Shown here: piece after piece, positions 47,834 to 56,504 of the stretch
How the letters are laid out: each line of letters begins with the position of its first letter
Numbering within the stretch: position 1 is the stretch's first letter
Source: a virus
Taxonomy: Duplodnaviria > Caudoviricetes
Strand: one strand, 5' to 3'
Virus record (IMG/VR): IMGVR_UViG_3300025543_000028
Location: 1-57,366 of that record
Length of the DNA: 57,366 nt
Notes under the pieces: generated by a model
Databases searched by the model: none
Seen by the model: the letters and a program-made list of their open reading frames with translations, nothing else
What the model was told of the DNA's origin: nothing
Program-made: the position numbers and the translations under genes

Positions 47834-47919
47834 GGTTGTATCGTTAGAGGGTATACCCTGACCTAAGCATGTCATAAACTGCTTATTTATTAACTATTAA
47901 TCATTAAAACTTGTCAAAA

Positions 47920-48324
47920 ATGGCTAGAAAAACATTATCAAAAGTAGAAGTGGAGAGTATCAAAAAACTTATGGTTGAATCCATGAGAAAGAACAAAATA
48001 TTTGTTCCTTACGGAGTTGCTGGTAAGACTAAATTACCAAAAAAACCTAATGATATACCACAAAGTATGGTAACATACAAGAATAAAATATACATGGCTG
48101 CATATAAGATGCATTGGAAGAACAATAGTAAAGCAGTATCTGCTCAACCTAATTATGTAGTAGGAACTAAGCATGTTGTTGCACCTGTTAACAAACAGAA
48201 AGCAAGAACAACAAGAGTGGCACAACCAGACACTTCACAACCTGTTATTATTACATACAGTAATGGTACAGTAGTGAACATCAATCCTAATGGTCCAATC
48301 ACTGTAAACTTTAAAACCACATAA
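47920..48324 (+). CDS. Basic hypothetical protein (ATG 47920 preferred over TTG 47911)
   Basis: About 134 aa, K-rich, with an A-rich leader. Confidence 0.7.
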   Translation: MARKTLSKVEVESIKKLMVESMRKNKIFVPYGVAGKTKLPKKPNDIPQSMVTYKNKIYMAAYKMHWKNNSKAVSAQPNYVVGTKHVVAPVNKQKARTTRVAQPDTSQPVIITYSNGTVVNINPNGPITVNFKTT

Positions 48325-48325
48325 G

Positions 48326-48493
48326 ATGGATGAAACTATGATACAGCTTATAGCTATGAAAGATGCTCAAATTCAAGCACTTACAAAAGCTAATGATGAA
48401 TTAAATTCTAAATTAGAATTAGTTAGCTCTAATACTAGAATCCTTTTAGAAAAAGTTAAAGTACTTTACCCAGGTATATTCGATGAAGACTAA
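48326..48493 (+). CDS. Small coiled-coil protein (55 aa; not in the track)
   Basis: MDETMIQLIAMKDAQIQALTKANDELNSKLELVSSNTRILLEKVKVLYPGIFDED fills the gap between its neighbours. Confidence 0.65.
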   Translation: MDETMIQLIAMKDAQIQALTKANDELNSKLELVSSNTRILLEKVKVLYPGIFDED

Positions 48494-48938
48494 AATAGGA
48501 TTAGGTAGTATAATGGTATGTGATGAAGACTTAACTGTACTAGTAACTAAGCAATCAGATATTGAAAGCATGAGTGAAAGAACAGTTTTGTTTTCTAACC
48601 ACATATCAGGTAGAGATTATTCATTTACCGAAGACGAGATTCAAAGATGTACTAACTTTTCAGATGCGTACAAAATTGACATTACATACAAAGATGATAA
48701 CGTAATAGAATCAGTATGTAAATATATAACAGCAGAATTTTTTGACTGTCGTACAGACACAAATACGCTGCTACTTTCAGACAATAATATGTTTAGGTTA
48801 TTATCTATTGTGAAGATGCACGCAAGTGAAATCAAAACATTTATTAACAAAGACAGATTAGACTTATTCAAAGCAAAACATAATCTATCAGATGCACAGT
48901 ATGACGAAATACAACAGCACTTTCAAGCTATTAGTTGA
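48483..48938 (+). CDS. Hypothetical protein
   Basis: 151-aa ORF in the operon. Confidence 0.7.
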   Translation: MKTKIGLGSIMVCDEDLTVLVTKQSDIESMSERTVLFSNHISGRDYSFTEDEIQRCTNFSDAYKIDITYKDDNVIESVCKYITAEFFDCRTDTNTLLLSDNNMFRLLSIVKMHASEIKTFINKDRLDLFKAKHNLSDAQYDEIQQHFQAIS

Positions 48939-49122
48939 TTACATCAACAGCCTTGGACATAAACCTAGTACATATACTATACTAAGGCATCATGAATGTG
49001 AAGAGTTTCACTTGTACAACAAAGGAGACTTCATTGAATGTATACCTGTAGATGGTTTTTATTCAAGTGTTACATTACAAGCAATTAAAAGATTTATGTT
49101 TAGACATAGACAAATCAATTAA
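48892..49122 (+). CDS. Hypothetical protein
   Basis: 76-aa ORF filling the gap before the GATase. Start uncertain (ATG 48892 or 48901). Confidence 0.55.
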   Translation: MHSMTKYNSTFKLLVDYINSLGHKPSTYTILRHHECEEFHLYNKGDFIECIPVDGFYSSVTLQAIKRFMFRHRQIN

Positions 49123-49141
49123 CTATTAAAGATTAGAAAAT

Positions 49142-50107
49142 ATGTGTGGAATCACAGCATACTCTGGTAAGAGTGTAAATATACTAAAGGCAATGCACTT
49201 GTTAAACGACAACGACAGCCGAGGCGGACACAGCACAGGATTGTACGCAGAGAACGGTAGCTTTAAAAAGCTATACAAAACAACAGAAGAAAGCCACAAC
49301 TTACTTAGAATGATTGAACATAATAAGTGTGAACTATTCATAGGTCATACACGTTATGCAACTCACGGTAAAAAGACTGCTACCAACAGTCATCCATATG
49401 TAATCGATAAGTATATCGGTTGCCACAATGGTGTATTGAGTAACTATGAAAAGTTGTGCAAGGACAATGGTATTACACCACCTGATGTAGACAGTAAAGC
49501 TATCTATGAAATGCTATCTAAGACAAATGATTATCAAAGTCTTGGCATGCATGGTGGTACTATCAATGCAGTGTGGACTGAGCGTGATGGTAGATTGTAT
49601 GTATACAGAAGAAACAACCCGTTGTTTATGTTAGACACAGGTGATGGTGTATACTTTTCATCTCTTGAAGCAGGTCTATTAGACATAGCTGATGGTAATA
49701 AAGTAGTAGAAGTCCCTAAGAATGTATTGTTTGTATACAATCAAGGTATTCTTGACGCTGAACTTGACATTCCTGTAACATATGTTGAACCTGTTGGCAA
49801 GAAAGTTATGAACTGGACTGACTATCAAGTAGATAACACGAAAGAAACTACATACGATGCAGGGTATTGGACTAACAGCTATGCTAAAGCACCTGTTAAA
49901 GATGAGCCTGAGCATATAACCATTATAAGAACACAACTTAACGTGTGTGAAATGATATACTGGGAAGCCGACCACTTCTTTGAAAAGTTTGAGCTAGAAG
50001 CTATTGATGCTTTACGTTTAAAACTTGAAGATGAATTGGAAGCAGCAAATCAACAAGCTCAGTACGAAGAAGTGATGAAATCTAATCAATTAACAGCACC
50101 ATTTTAA
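49142..50107 (+). CDS. Class II (Ntn) glutamine amidotransferase
   Basis: MCGI with the N-terminal Cys nucleophile, plus RG..STG, GHTRYATHG, NSHPY, HNGVL.N, VDS and RRNNPL. Confidence 0.92.
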   Translation: MCGITAYSGKSVNILKAMHLLNDNDSRGGHSTGLYAENGSFKKLYKTTEESHNLLRMIEHNKCELFIGHTRYATHGKKTATNSHPYVIDKYIGCHNGVLSNYEKLCKDNGITPPDVDSKAIYEMLSKTNDYQSLGMHGGTINAVWTERDGRLYVYRRNNPLFMLDTGDGVYFSSLEAGLLDIADGNKVVEVPKNVLFVYNQGILDAELDIPVTYVEPVGKKVMNWTDYQVDNTKETTYDAGYWTNSYAKAPVKDEPEHITIIRTQLNVCEMIYWEADHFFEKFELEAIDALRLKLEDELEAANQQAQYEEVMKSNQLTAPF

Positions 50108-50274
50108 TGAACAGTAACATGGAAAAGAACCTTGTCTTTGTATCTGATACTCAGTACATTGACGAGGTCCTCACCTCTACTAGGAGATTGAGAGAGCGCG
50201 CTATTAATAAGGAAGATGTTGATGTAGTTATTAACAAACTTGTAAACATTAAGAAGTTATGCCAGAAGAAATAG
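50107..50274 (+). CDS. Small helical protein (55 aa; not in the track) between GATase and amidoligase
   Basis: TAATG coupling to the GATase stop. Translates to MNSNMEKNLVFVSDTQYIDEVLTSTRRLRERAINKEDVDVVINKLVNIKKLCQKK. Confidence 0.6.
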   Translation: MNSNMEKNLVFVSDTQYIDEVLTSTRRLRERAINKEDVDVVINKLVNIKKLCQKK

Positions 50275-51686
50275 ATGTTAGTAGTATACTAAATGAAGAA
50301 GTAAGTGGTGATGTGTTAGACATGTCAACATTTGACGACACTGAGCAAGATGACAACATGTGTATAATAACGGTAGGAAGTGTTGAGATAAACGTAGAAC
50401 GTAGTTTTACATATCGTGGAGAAGGTAATGAGCTTGACGAAGATTGTTTCGAAACAGAAGACATGATTGAGTTTGCTAAAGAACATGAATATGGTTTCAT
50501 ACAAGGTTCATGGCAATCATGTAGTGAAGATATTGTATATGCAGAATACAGTGATGAGTATATCGAGCAACGTGAAGCTGTATACGGTTATATTAATAGA
50601 CATGACCTAGGATACTTTCACCATACTGAAGACTATGTACGAGTTGGTGACGAAGCATATGCAGATACAGGTATAGCTAATGAACATGATATATACTACT
50701 ATGATTGTTGTGATGAGTACTGTCATATGGACGACCACCATTGCTCTGATGATGATGATGATGACTGTTACTTTGATAACATAGTAAGCTCTCATAAATC
50801 AGATTCATTAGATGTTAAGAAACGTTATGGTACAGATAGCCCTACATATTCTATTACTAACGGTATGCGTTATACATTCGGTGTAGAGATAGAAACAAGT
50901 AGAGGTAACCTATATGAACGTGATTACTTAAATCTTAAATCTGTATACGATGGTTCAACAAGTGGCCCTGAGTATGTTACAGGCGTTCTTAAAGGTGACT
51001 ACGGCTTTAATCATCTCAAAGATATATGCAACGCAATTGCAGAAGACCATGAGATTAATAAACGTTGTGGTATTCATGTACACGTCGGTGGTATATTCAA
51101 TAGGCTGTTCACTATCATGCTCTTACGTCTAGGTCATCAACTTCAAGATGATATTTATCGTATGATGCCACCTTCTAGGCTTGGTAATACATACTGTAAA
51201 TACATTCCTGATTATGTAATGGATATAAACCTTACTAATTGGCGTAAGCACTTAGGTAAGTACATACACGGTTCTGGTAATGAGTTAAATAAAAACTGTA
51301 ACAAGAAATCACGTCTTGGCTCTTACCCTTCTACACGTTACAGATGGATTAACTGCGTAAACTTTAGTAGTAACAGTGGTAAACCGACAGTAGAGTTCAG
51401 AAATCATGGTGCATCTATGAGTTATGATAAAATACGCAATTGGACGTTGATATGTATGGCTATTGTACGCTATGCAGAAAACAACCAGAAAAGAATATGG
51501 TATAATTTGTCAGAAATTACTCTTAAAGAAGTTATTAGAACATCTTTAGGTGATAATATAGGTGAACAGATTATGAAATATTACGAAAAACGTGTAGCTT
51601 TATTCGCTCATAATTATACAGAAGGTGGTGCTTACTATGATAGGCTGCCATCGGGATACATAAGAAATAGTGAAACAATAGATTAA
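50259..51686 (+). CDS. Putative amidoligase (COOH-NH2 ligase, Amidoligase_2-like) with acidic Cys/His-rich N-terminal extension
   Basis: TFGVEIE, DGS...EYVT, CGIHVHV, RY..IN and TVEFR motifs of the glutamine synthetase-like amidoligase family. Confidence 0.85.
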   Translation: MPEEIDVSSILNEEVSGDVLDMSTFDDTEQDDNMCIITVGSVEINVERSFTYRGEGNELDEDCFETEDMIEFAKEHEYGFIQGSWQSCSEDIVYAEYSDEYIEQREAVYGYINRHDLGYFHHTEDYVRVGDEAYADTGIANEHDIYYYDCCDEYCHMDDHHCSDDDDDDCYFDNIVSSHKSDSLDVKKRYGTDSPTYSITNGMRYTFGVEIETSRGNLYERDYLNLKSVYDGSTSGPEYVTGVLKGDYGFNHLKDICNAIAEDHEINKRCGIHVHVGGIFNRLFTIMLLRLGHQLQDDIYRMMPPSRLGNTYCKYIPDYVMDINLTNWRKHLGKYIHGSGNELNKNCNKKSRLGSYPSTRYRWINCVNFSSNSGKPTVEFRNHGASMSYDKIRNWTLICMAIVRYAENNQKRIWYNLSEITLKEVIRTSLGDNIGEQIMKYYEKRVALFAHNYTEGGAYYDRLPSGYIRNSETID

Positions 51687-51845
51687 TATACAGTAGGTAA
51701 GAGTAAGTAGTGTACACTTTTTTAAGACCGTGATACTAGTGCGAGCCTGGCAAACCACATGTGCGCCTACTATATATTATCTTACGGTGCAGAGGTGCAG
51801 TAGGGCAAGGGTATATATAATACCCTGCACCATGCCCCTACATCG

Positions 51846-51902
51846 TACCCTAACGGGTATAAAATGTATTGATAAGTGATTAATTATACCCTAACGGGTG
51901 TA
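51846..51902. repeat. Two direct copies of the palindrome TACCC-TAAC-GGGT, 41 bp apart
   Basis: TACCCTAACGGGT at 51846 and 51887. Confidence 0.8.
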
Positions 51903-51969
51903 ATATTGCGTGTCAGAATATGAGCCAAATAGACAAATTAATTGGCTCAAAACTAAAACAACTAAGACT

Positions 51970-52152
51970 ATGGGAGTAATGAAAGACTTAGCTATAAAAA
52001 TAGCTGAAGCAAATATATCAAGCCTCTACAGAGATGCAGATGCAGAAATGTTATTCATAAAAGCTATGGATACAGAACAGCAACAACGCGTTATGCACGA
52101 AGAACAACTATTAGAAAAACAGATAGATGACGACAAAAAAGAAAACAGATAA
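51970..52152 (+). CDS. Small hypothetical protein (60 aa; start reassigned to ATG 51970)
   Basis: MGVMKDLAIK start after an A-rich leader ending TAAGACTATG, similar to other early leaders. Confidence 0.65.
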   Translation: MGVMKDLAIKIAEANISSLYRDADAEMLFIKAMDTEQQQRVMHEEQLLEKQIDDDKKENR

Positions 52153-52296
52153 ACCAAAAATGGTTACAGAAACCACTGATGTATTACAATTTGGTGCAGT
52201 TGGTTTGACAGGGGGTTACTATAGTAGTAGTAACAACAGACAAATAAAAGCATCATCGAGTTATTCACATATGTTAAACGGAAAAAAAATTAAGTA

Positions 52297-53172
52297 ATGA
52301 CTAGACAACAATTTTTACACAACGGAGGGTTAGACTTTACCGTTGAGAAAGTGCCTGTACATACATATGATGTGTTACACGCAGACGACTATAACAAAAC
52401 ACCATTCTTTGCTACAGTGAATGTAAATTCAGGTGAAGCATTAGGTACAGTAAAAAGTAAATACACTGTAAAACAAAACAACGAGTTGTTAGATTATATA
52501 TTAGAAAAGATTGGTGATGGTAATTACGACTTAGCTGAATCTAAGTGTGGACATTTTAACCATGGCCGTAAGGTATACTTCTATATAAAGACAACTTATA
52601 AAGCTGACTGGGGTCAAGAACTAGCAGATACATTTGTGTATGGATTATCGTCACATGATGGTAGTCAAAAGCTAGTGTTTGGTGTGTGTAATAAGATACA
52701 CAGTTGTAGTAATATGTTTGGAGTTCTTATGAATGACAAAGATAAAGCTCATATTGTTAAGCATACCAAAGCTATATCAAGTATCGAAGGTAGTAACACA
52801 CTTGAAGATATGATTAATAGCAACATACGTGGTATATCTAACCTTATGAAGAAGATGCAAGGTCATAGGTTATTAGTGGATAATCCTATAATATCTCAAG
52901 TGATGGATATTGTTGCTGACTCTAAAGGTAAAGTATTACGTACACCTTACTACACTAGACGTAAACTAGTAGAAGAATCAGTTTTATCTGAAATGCAATC
53001 TAAAGGTAATACATACTACGGTTTGTTTAACGGTATGACTCACTATATTACACATAACATGGAGTCTAATGACAACATCATGAATAGTATAGTAGGTAAG
53101 GGTAGCGAAATATCTAAGAAAGTTGTTCAAAAAATTGTTAAACATATGAAAGAAACTGGATGTCTAAACTAA
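52297..53172 (+). CDS. DUF932 family phage/plasmid protein
   Basis: GLDFTVEK, LG.V..KY...QN, G.F..GRKV, SHDGS, C.NM and KHT motifs. Confidence 0.8.
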   Translation: MTRQQFLHNGGLDFTVEKVPVHTYDVLHADDYNKTPFFATVNVNSGEALGTVKSKYTVKQNNELLDYILEKIGDGNYDLAESKCGHFNHGRKVYFYIKTTYKADWGQELADTFVYGLSSHDGSQKLVFGVCNKIHSCSNMFGVLMNDKDKAHIVKHTKAISSIEGSNTLEDMINSNIRGISNLMKKMQGHRLLVDNPIISQVMDIVADSKGKVLRTPYYTRRKLVEESVLSEMQSKGNTYYGLFNGMTHYITHNMESNDNIMNSIVGKGSEISKKVVQKIVKHMKETGCLN

Positions 53173-53756
53173 ACAAAGCAACTGATAGTTTGTTATGTGT
53201 TTACGAAGATGCAAAGTTAGAAATATCTTTGCTTTCATTTATACTTCTAGAGTACCACGTGTCGACTGACTTACAAGAAATGAGGCACGAGGTACTTAGA
53301 GGTACATATGGTTATACGGATGAGCAGTTTAATGAAAGCTATAATGAGCTGGAGTATTATGGTTACGTTGTAATTAAACATAACTTTATTAGCTTTACAC
53401 GCTCTACTAAAAAGTTATTTAATACCAAACATGTAAGATTATCTGTAGTAGATAAAAAATTGTTGGAAGAAAGTTTTGATTTATTCTGGGCAAAATATCC
53501 TATTAAGGTAGGTAAGAAAAAAGCCAAGTTTGAATGGATGAAACTAAGACCAAACAAAACACTGTCTAAGCACATAATCGAATCCATTGACGTACAAATA
53601 CAGTACAAAATAAAAGAAGAAAGAAAAGGACAATTTGTTCCTGAATTTCAACACGCAGAACGATGGATAAAAAATGAAAGGTACAATGACGAAGTAGTAG
53701 TAGGACAAAACTTCATAGGAAAACTATTTACTAAACCAATAAGAGATGAGCGATGA
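53160..53756 (+). CDS. Replication initiator / replisome organiser-like protein
   Basis: Putative N-terminal wHTH and a C-terminal FDLFWAKYP.KVGKKKA..W..L..HAERWI..ERYND domain. Directly upstream of DnaB. Confidence 0.75.
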   Translation: MSKLNKATDSLLCVYEDAKLEISLLSFILLEYHVSTDLQEMRHEVLRGTYGYTDEQFNESYNELEYYGYVVIKHNFISFTRSTKKLFNTKHVRLSVVDKKLLEESFDLFWAKYPIKVGKKKAKFEWMKLRPNKTLSKHIIESIDVQIQYKIKEERKGQFVPEFQHAERWIKNERYNDEVVVGQNFIGKLFTKPIRDER

Positions 53757-55032
53757 CATAGAAGAATTATTAATTAGTCAGTTAATCAACAAGAAAGATG
53801 ACTACTATACGTACAACGAACAACTGAAGCCACACTTATTTAAAAGCACTCATTGGCTTAATATATTCTCATGGTTAGATGCAGAGTATCAACAAGGCAA
53901 TAACTTTGATTTAGTTAAAGGCTTAATGGAAATTAAGAATGTACCTAATGTAGATTACTTACTATCTAAGTGCTCTTCTAATGACAGTTGGATGCATAAC
54001 ACTGGCACACTAATTAAGAGTCTTGAGAACACATATAAACACGGTAAAGTCAAGAGTATGTGTCAGAATGCATTACTTGAACTGAACAGTGACGAAATAG
54101 ATGTTCAGATTAAATCTATTGAAGATTCTATTCTTGAGATGTCTCGTAATGAACATGGTGGTATCATTGAGCTTACTGAGCATTTACGTGATACTATACA
54201 TATGATAGAACGTAATTCACTATCACCAGGACTTTCAGGTATCACTTCAGGCTTCGAGTCTATTGATAAGTTTACAGGTGGTTGGCAACCTCAAGACTTG
54301 ATTATAGTAGGTGGTGCATCATCTATGGGTAAAACTTCATTTGCATTAGCTTTAGCGCATAACGCTGCTAAAAGTGGACATGGAACTGTAGTATTTTCAT
54401 ACGAGATGTCAAGTACACAGCTGGTATCTAGACTGTTAAGTGCAGAAACATGTATAGACAATAGATACTTAATTAAAGGTACTCTCACCGATGAAGAGTG
54501 GCGTTCGATACACAGTGCGACAGGTGTTATAGAAAAAGCACCTTTGTATATAGACGAGTGTAAAAGCACAGAGCTACGTTACCTATTAAATAAGGTAAGA
54601 CAGTATGTAATAACTAGAGATGTAAAACTTGTAATGATAGATTACCTCCAGCTTGTAAGCAATATGCAAAAAGGCAGAAGCAGGGAACAAGAGGTATCTG
54701 TCATTGCAAGGTCTCTAAAGAATTTAGCTAAGGAACTTGACATTACAGTAATTGCGTTATCACAACTATCAAGAGGTGTTGAGCGTAATGAAGGTTCAAG
54801 ACCCATGTTGTCTAACCTTAGAGAATCAGGTGAAATAGAGCAAGCTGCAGATGCAGTAGTCTTTGTATACAGACCTGAGTATTACAACATCTTTGCAGAC
54901 GACGAAGGTAACAGTGTTGAAAACATGGCAGAAATTATATTTGCTAAGGGTAGAAACATTGGTATCGGTAGTAAATGGTTAAGATGGATTAATTACTTAA
55001 CAAAGTTTGAAGACTTAAGTCAAAAATATTAG
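53746..55032 (+). CDS. dnaB: Replicative DNA helicase
   Basis: GGASSMGKT Walker A, FSYEMS, IDYLQL, SLKNLAKEL, LSQLSR, LRESGEIEQAAD and KGRN. Confidence 0.95.
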   Translation: MSDDIEELLISQLINKKDDYYTYNEQLKPHLFKSTHWLNIFSWLDAEYQQGNNFDLVKGLMEIKNVPNVDYLLSKCSSNDSWMHNTGTLIKSLENTYKHGKVKSMCQNALLELNSDEIDVQIKSIEDSILEMSRNEHGGIIELTEHLRDTIHMIERNSLSPGLSGITSGFESIDKFTGGWQPQDLIIVGGASSMGKTSFALALAHNAAKSGHGTVVFSYEMSSTQLVSRLLSAETCIDNRYLIKGTLTDEEWRSIHSATGVIEKAPLYIDECKSTELRYLLNKVRQYVITRDVKLVMIDYLQLVSNMQKGRSREQEVSVIARSLKNLAKELDITVIALSQLSRGVERNEGSRPMLSNLRESGEIEQAADAVVFVYRPEYYNIFADDEGNSVENMAEIIFAKGRNIGIGSKWLRWINYLTKFEDLSQKY

Positions 55033-55060
55033 TTTGTTAATAAATTATTCATTATATTTG
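55033..55060 (+). promoter_or_regulatory. Bacteroidota promoter (TTTG at 55033; TATATTTG at 55053)
   Basis: Exact -7 element 8 nt upstream of ATG 55069. The spacer to TTTG is short (16 nt). Confidence 0.55.
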
Positions 55061-55068
55061 TAAAACAT

Positions 55069-55296
55069 ATGAAAACATCGAAAGACATTATAGATTCTAT
55101 AAGCAAGAACATTCCGTACAGCAAACAAGTTATTAGAAAAGTAGTTAATAACACGTTTGGAGAAATAAAAAACAGAATGAACAACAAGGAAAAAATAATG
55201 CTTAGAGGTTTCATAAAGTTTGTGTGCGCAAACAACAAGAAAACCAAAACGTATACACTAAAAGAATATCAAAAGTTAAAAACCAAAAACAAATGA
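55069..55296 (+). CDS. HU/IHF-like DNA-binding protein (short)
   Basis: 75 aa following the HU pattern: DII..IS....SK..I.KVV...F.EI...M...EKI.LRGF.KF. Confidence 0.7.
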   Translation: MKTSKDIIDSISKNIPYSKQVIRKVVNNTFGEIKNRMNNKEKIMLRGFIKFVCANNKKTKTYTLKEYQKLKTKNK

Positions 55297-55928
55297 AACC
55301 AAACATTATCATTGTAGGAAAGAGTGGCTCAGGTAAGTCCACATCACTACGAAATCTCAACCCAGAGACAACAGCTGTATTAAATACAGAAAGAAAACAA
55401 TTACCTTTCAAAGGTGCAAGTAAGTTTAAGAATGTGCCTGTGCCTGACTTAAACACATTCAATGCAGCATTCAAAAAAGCTGTTGAATCAACTGAAATCA
55501 AAACTATTGTAGTAGAATCGTTTACATCTTTAGTAGAGATGATATACAGAGAAGCTGATGTAAGGTTCAAAGGCTTTGATGTGTGGTCATTCTACAATAA
55601 AGAGATAGATAGAATCTTAAACATGAGTAAGAACACTGATAAGCATATCATATACTTAGCTATTGATGGTGCTTACGACAGCGAAGACGGTGTTCAAGAA
55701 AGATTTGTTGCAGTGGATGGTAACAGATGGAAGAAACGTGTAGAGAAAGAGTTTGTTGTATGTTTATTTACAGACAACCATTACTCAAACGAACAAACAA
55801 GCTATAGATTTAGAACACAAAGCCAAGGAAAAGACTCAGCAAAGAGTCCTATGGAAATGTTTGACAACCTATATATAGACAACGACCTAGCACAGGTTAT
55901 CGAAAAGTGCAACGAGTATTATATTTAA
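55293..55928 (+). CDS. AAA-family P-loop ATPase (AAA_24/Sak4-like); start reassigned to ATG 55293
   Basis: IIIVGKSGSGKSTS, LPFKG and IVVES motifs. ATGA overlap with the HU stop, upstream of an SSB-like gene. Confidence 0.8.
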   Translation: MKPNIIIVGKSGSGKSTSLRNLNPETTAVLNTERKQLPFKGASKFKNVPVPDLNTFNAAFKKAVESTEIKTIVVESFTSLVEMIYREADVRFKGFDVWSFYNKEIDRILNMSKNTDKHIIYLAIDGAYDSEDGVQERFVAVDGNRWKKRVEKEFVVCLFTDNHYSNEQTSYRFRTQSQGKDSAKSPMEMFDNLYIDNDLAQVIEKCNEYYI

Positions 55929-55947
55929 TAACTAAAACCAGAGACAA

Positions 55948-56493
55948 ATGTTTCCAGATTTAAACAAAGTAGAAGTAAAAGAAACTACAAGTTACCTAAC
56001 AGCAGGTATACATGAAGTTAAAATTGATGAAATGAGAAACTCTAATCAAAAAGAAGGGTACACAGGTACTCCTTATGTAGAGTTTAAAGTATCAAACAAA
56101 GACGGTATATCATACCTTAAGTTTAGTGGAGTAGATGCTAACACATCAGAGAATGCAGCACGTGTACGTACAGAAATCTTTAAAGGATTTTTACAGACAT
56201 CAGGAGCAACCTCTTTTAATAGTCTTCCTACGGCTTGTAAAGAAGCTCTTGGCAACAAGATTAATGTATGCTTAAGAGAGCGTGAGTACTGGACGACTGA
56301 TAAAGATACAGGTGCGCCTGTTATAAAAACTGTTGTTGAGTATAAGTTTGCTAACCCTATTGGTAAAAGTATATCATGGCAAGATAAGTACAATCAAAAA
56401 CTTAATCCAGCAGACCAAGCAGCTTACAAAGCTGCGCATGATGCATTCATAATGAGTCAAGGTAATGTACAGACAGATGACATGCCTTTCTAA
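55948..56493 (+). CDS. Single-stranded DNA-binding-like protein (DUF669-like)
   Basis: 181 aa with L.AG.H.VKI and an acidic DDMPF tail. Follows the Sak4-like ATPase. Confidence 0.65.
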   Translation: MFPDLNKVEVKETTSYLTAGIHEVKIDEMRNSNQKEGYTGTPYVEFKVSNKDGISYLKFSGVDANTSENAARVRTEIFKGFLQTSGATSFNSLPTACKEALGNKINVCLREREYWTTDKDTGAPVIKTVVEYKFANPIGKSISWQDKYNQKLNPADQAAYKAAHDAFIMSQGNVQTDDMPF

Positions 56494-56504
56494 ATAATTA
56501 TAAG

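Noticed and set aside
47232-47910. tRNA, hammerhead or other named ribozyme
   Set aside because: I found no cloverleaf with a T-loop consensus and no CUGAnGA/GAAA core in the right arrangement.
52168-52206. AACCACTG..CAGTTGGTT inverted repeat upstream of the DUF932 gene
   Set aside because: The stem is imperfect and isolated, with no U-tract or second copy.
45642-56393. Short minus-strand ORFs in the early block, and nested 50950..51132
   Set aside because: They overlap better-supported plus-strand genes.
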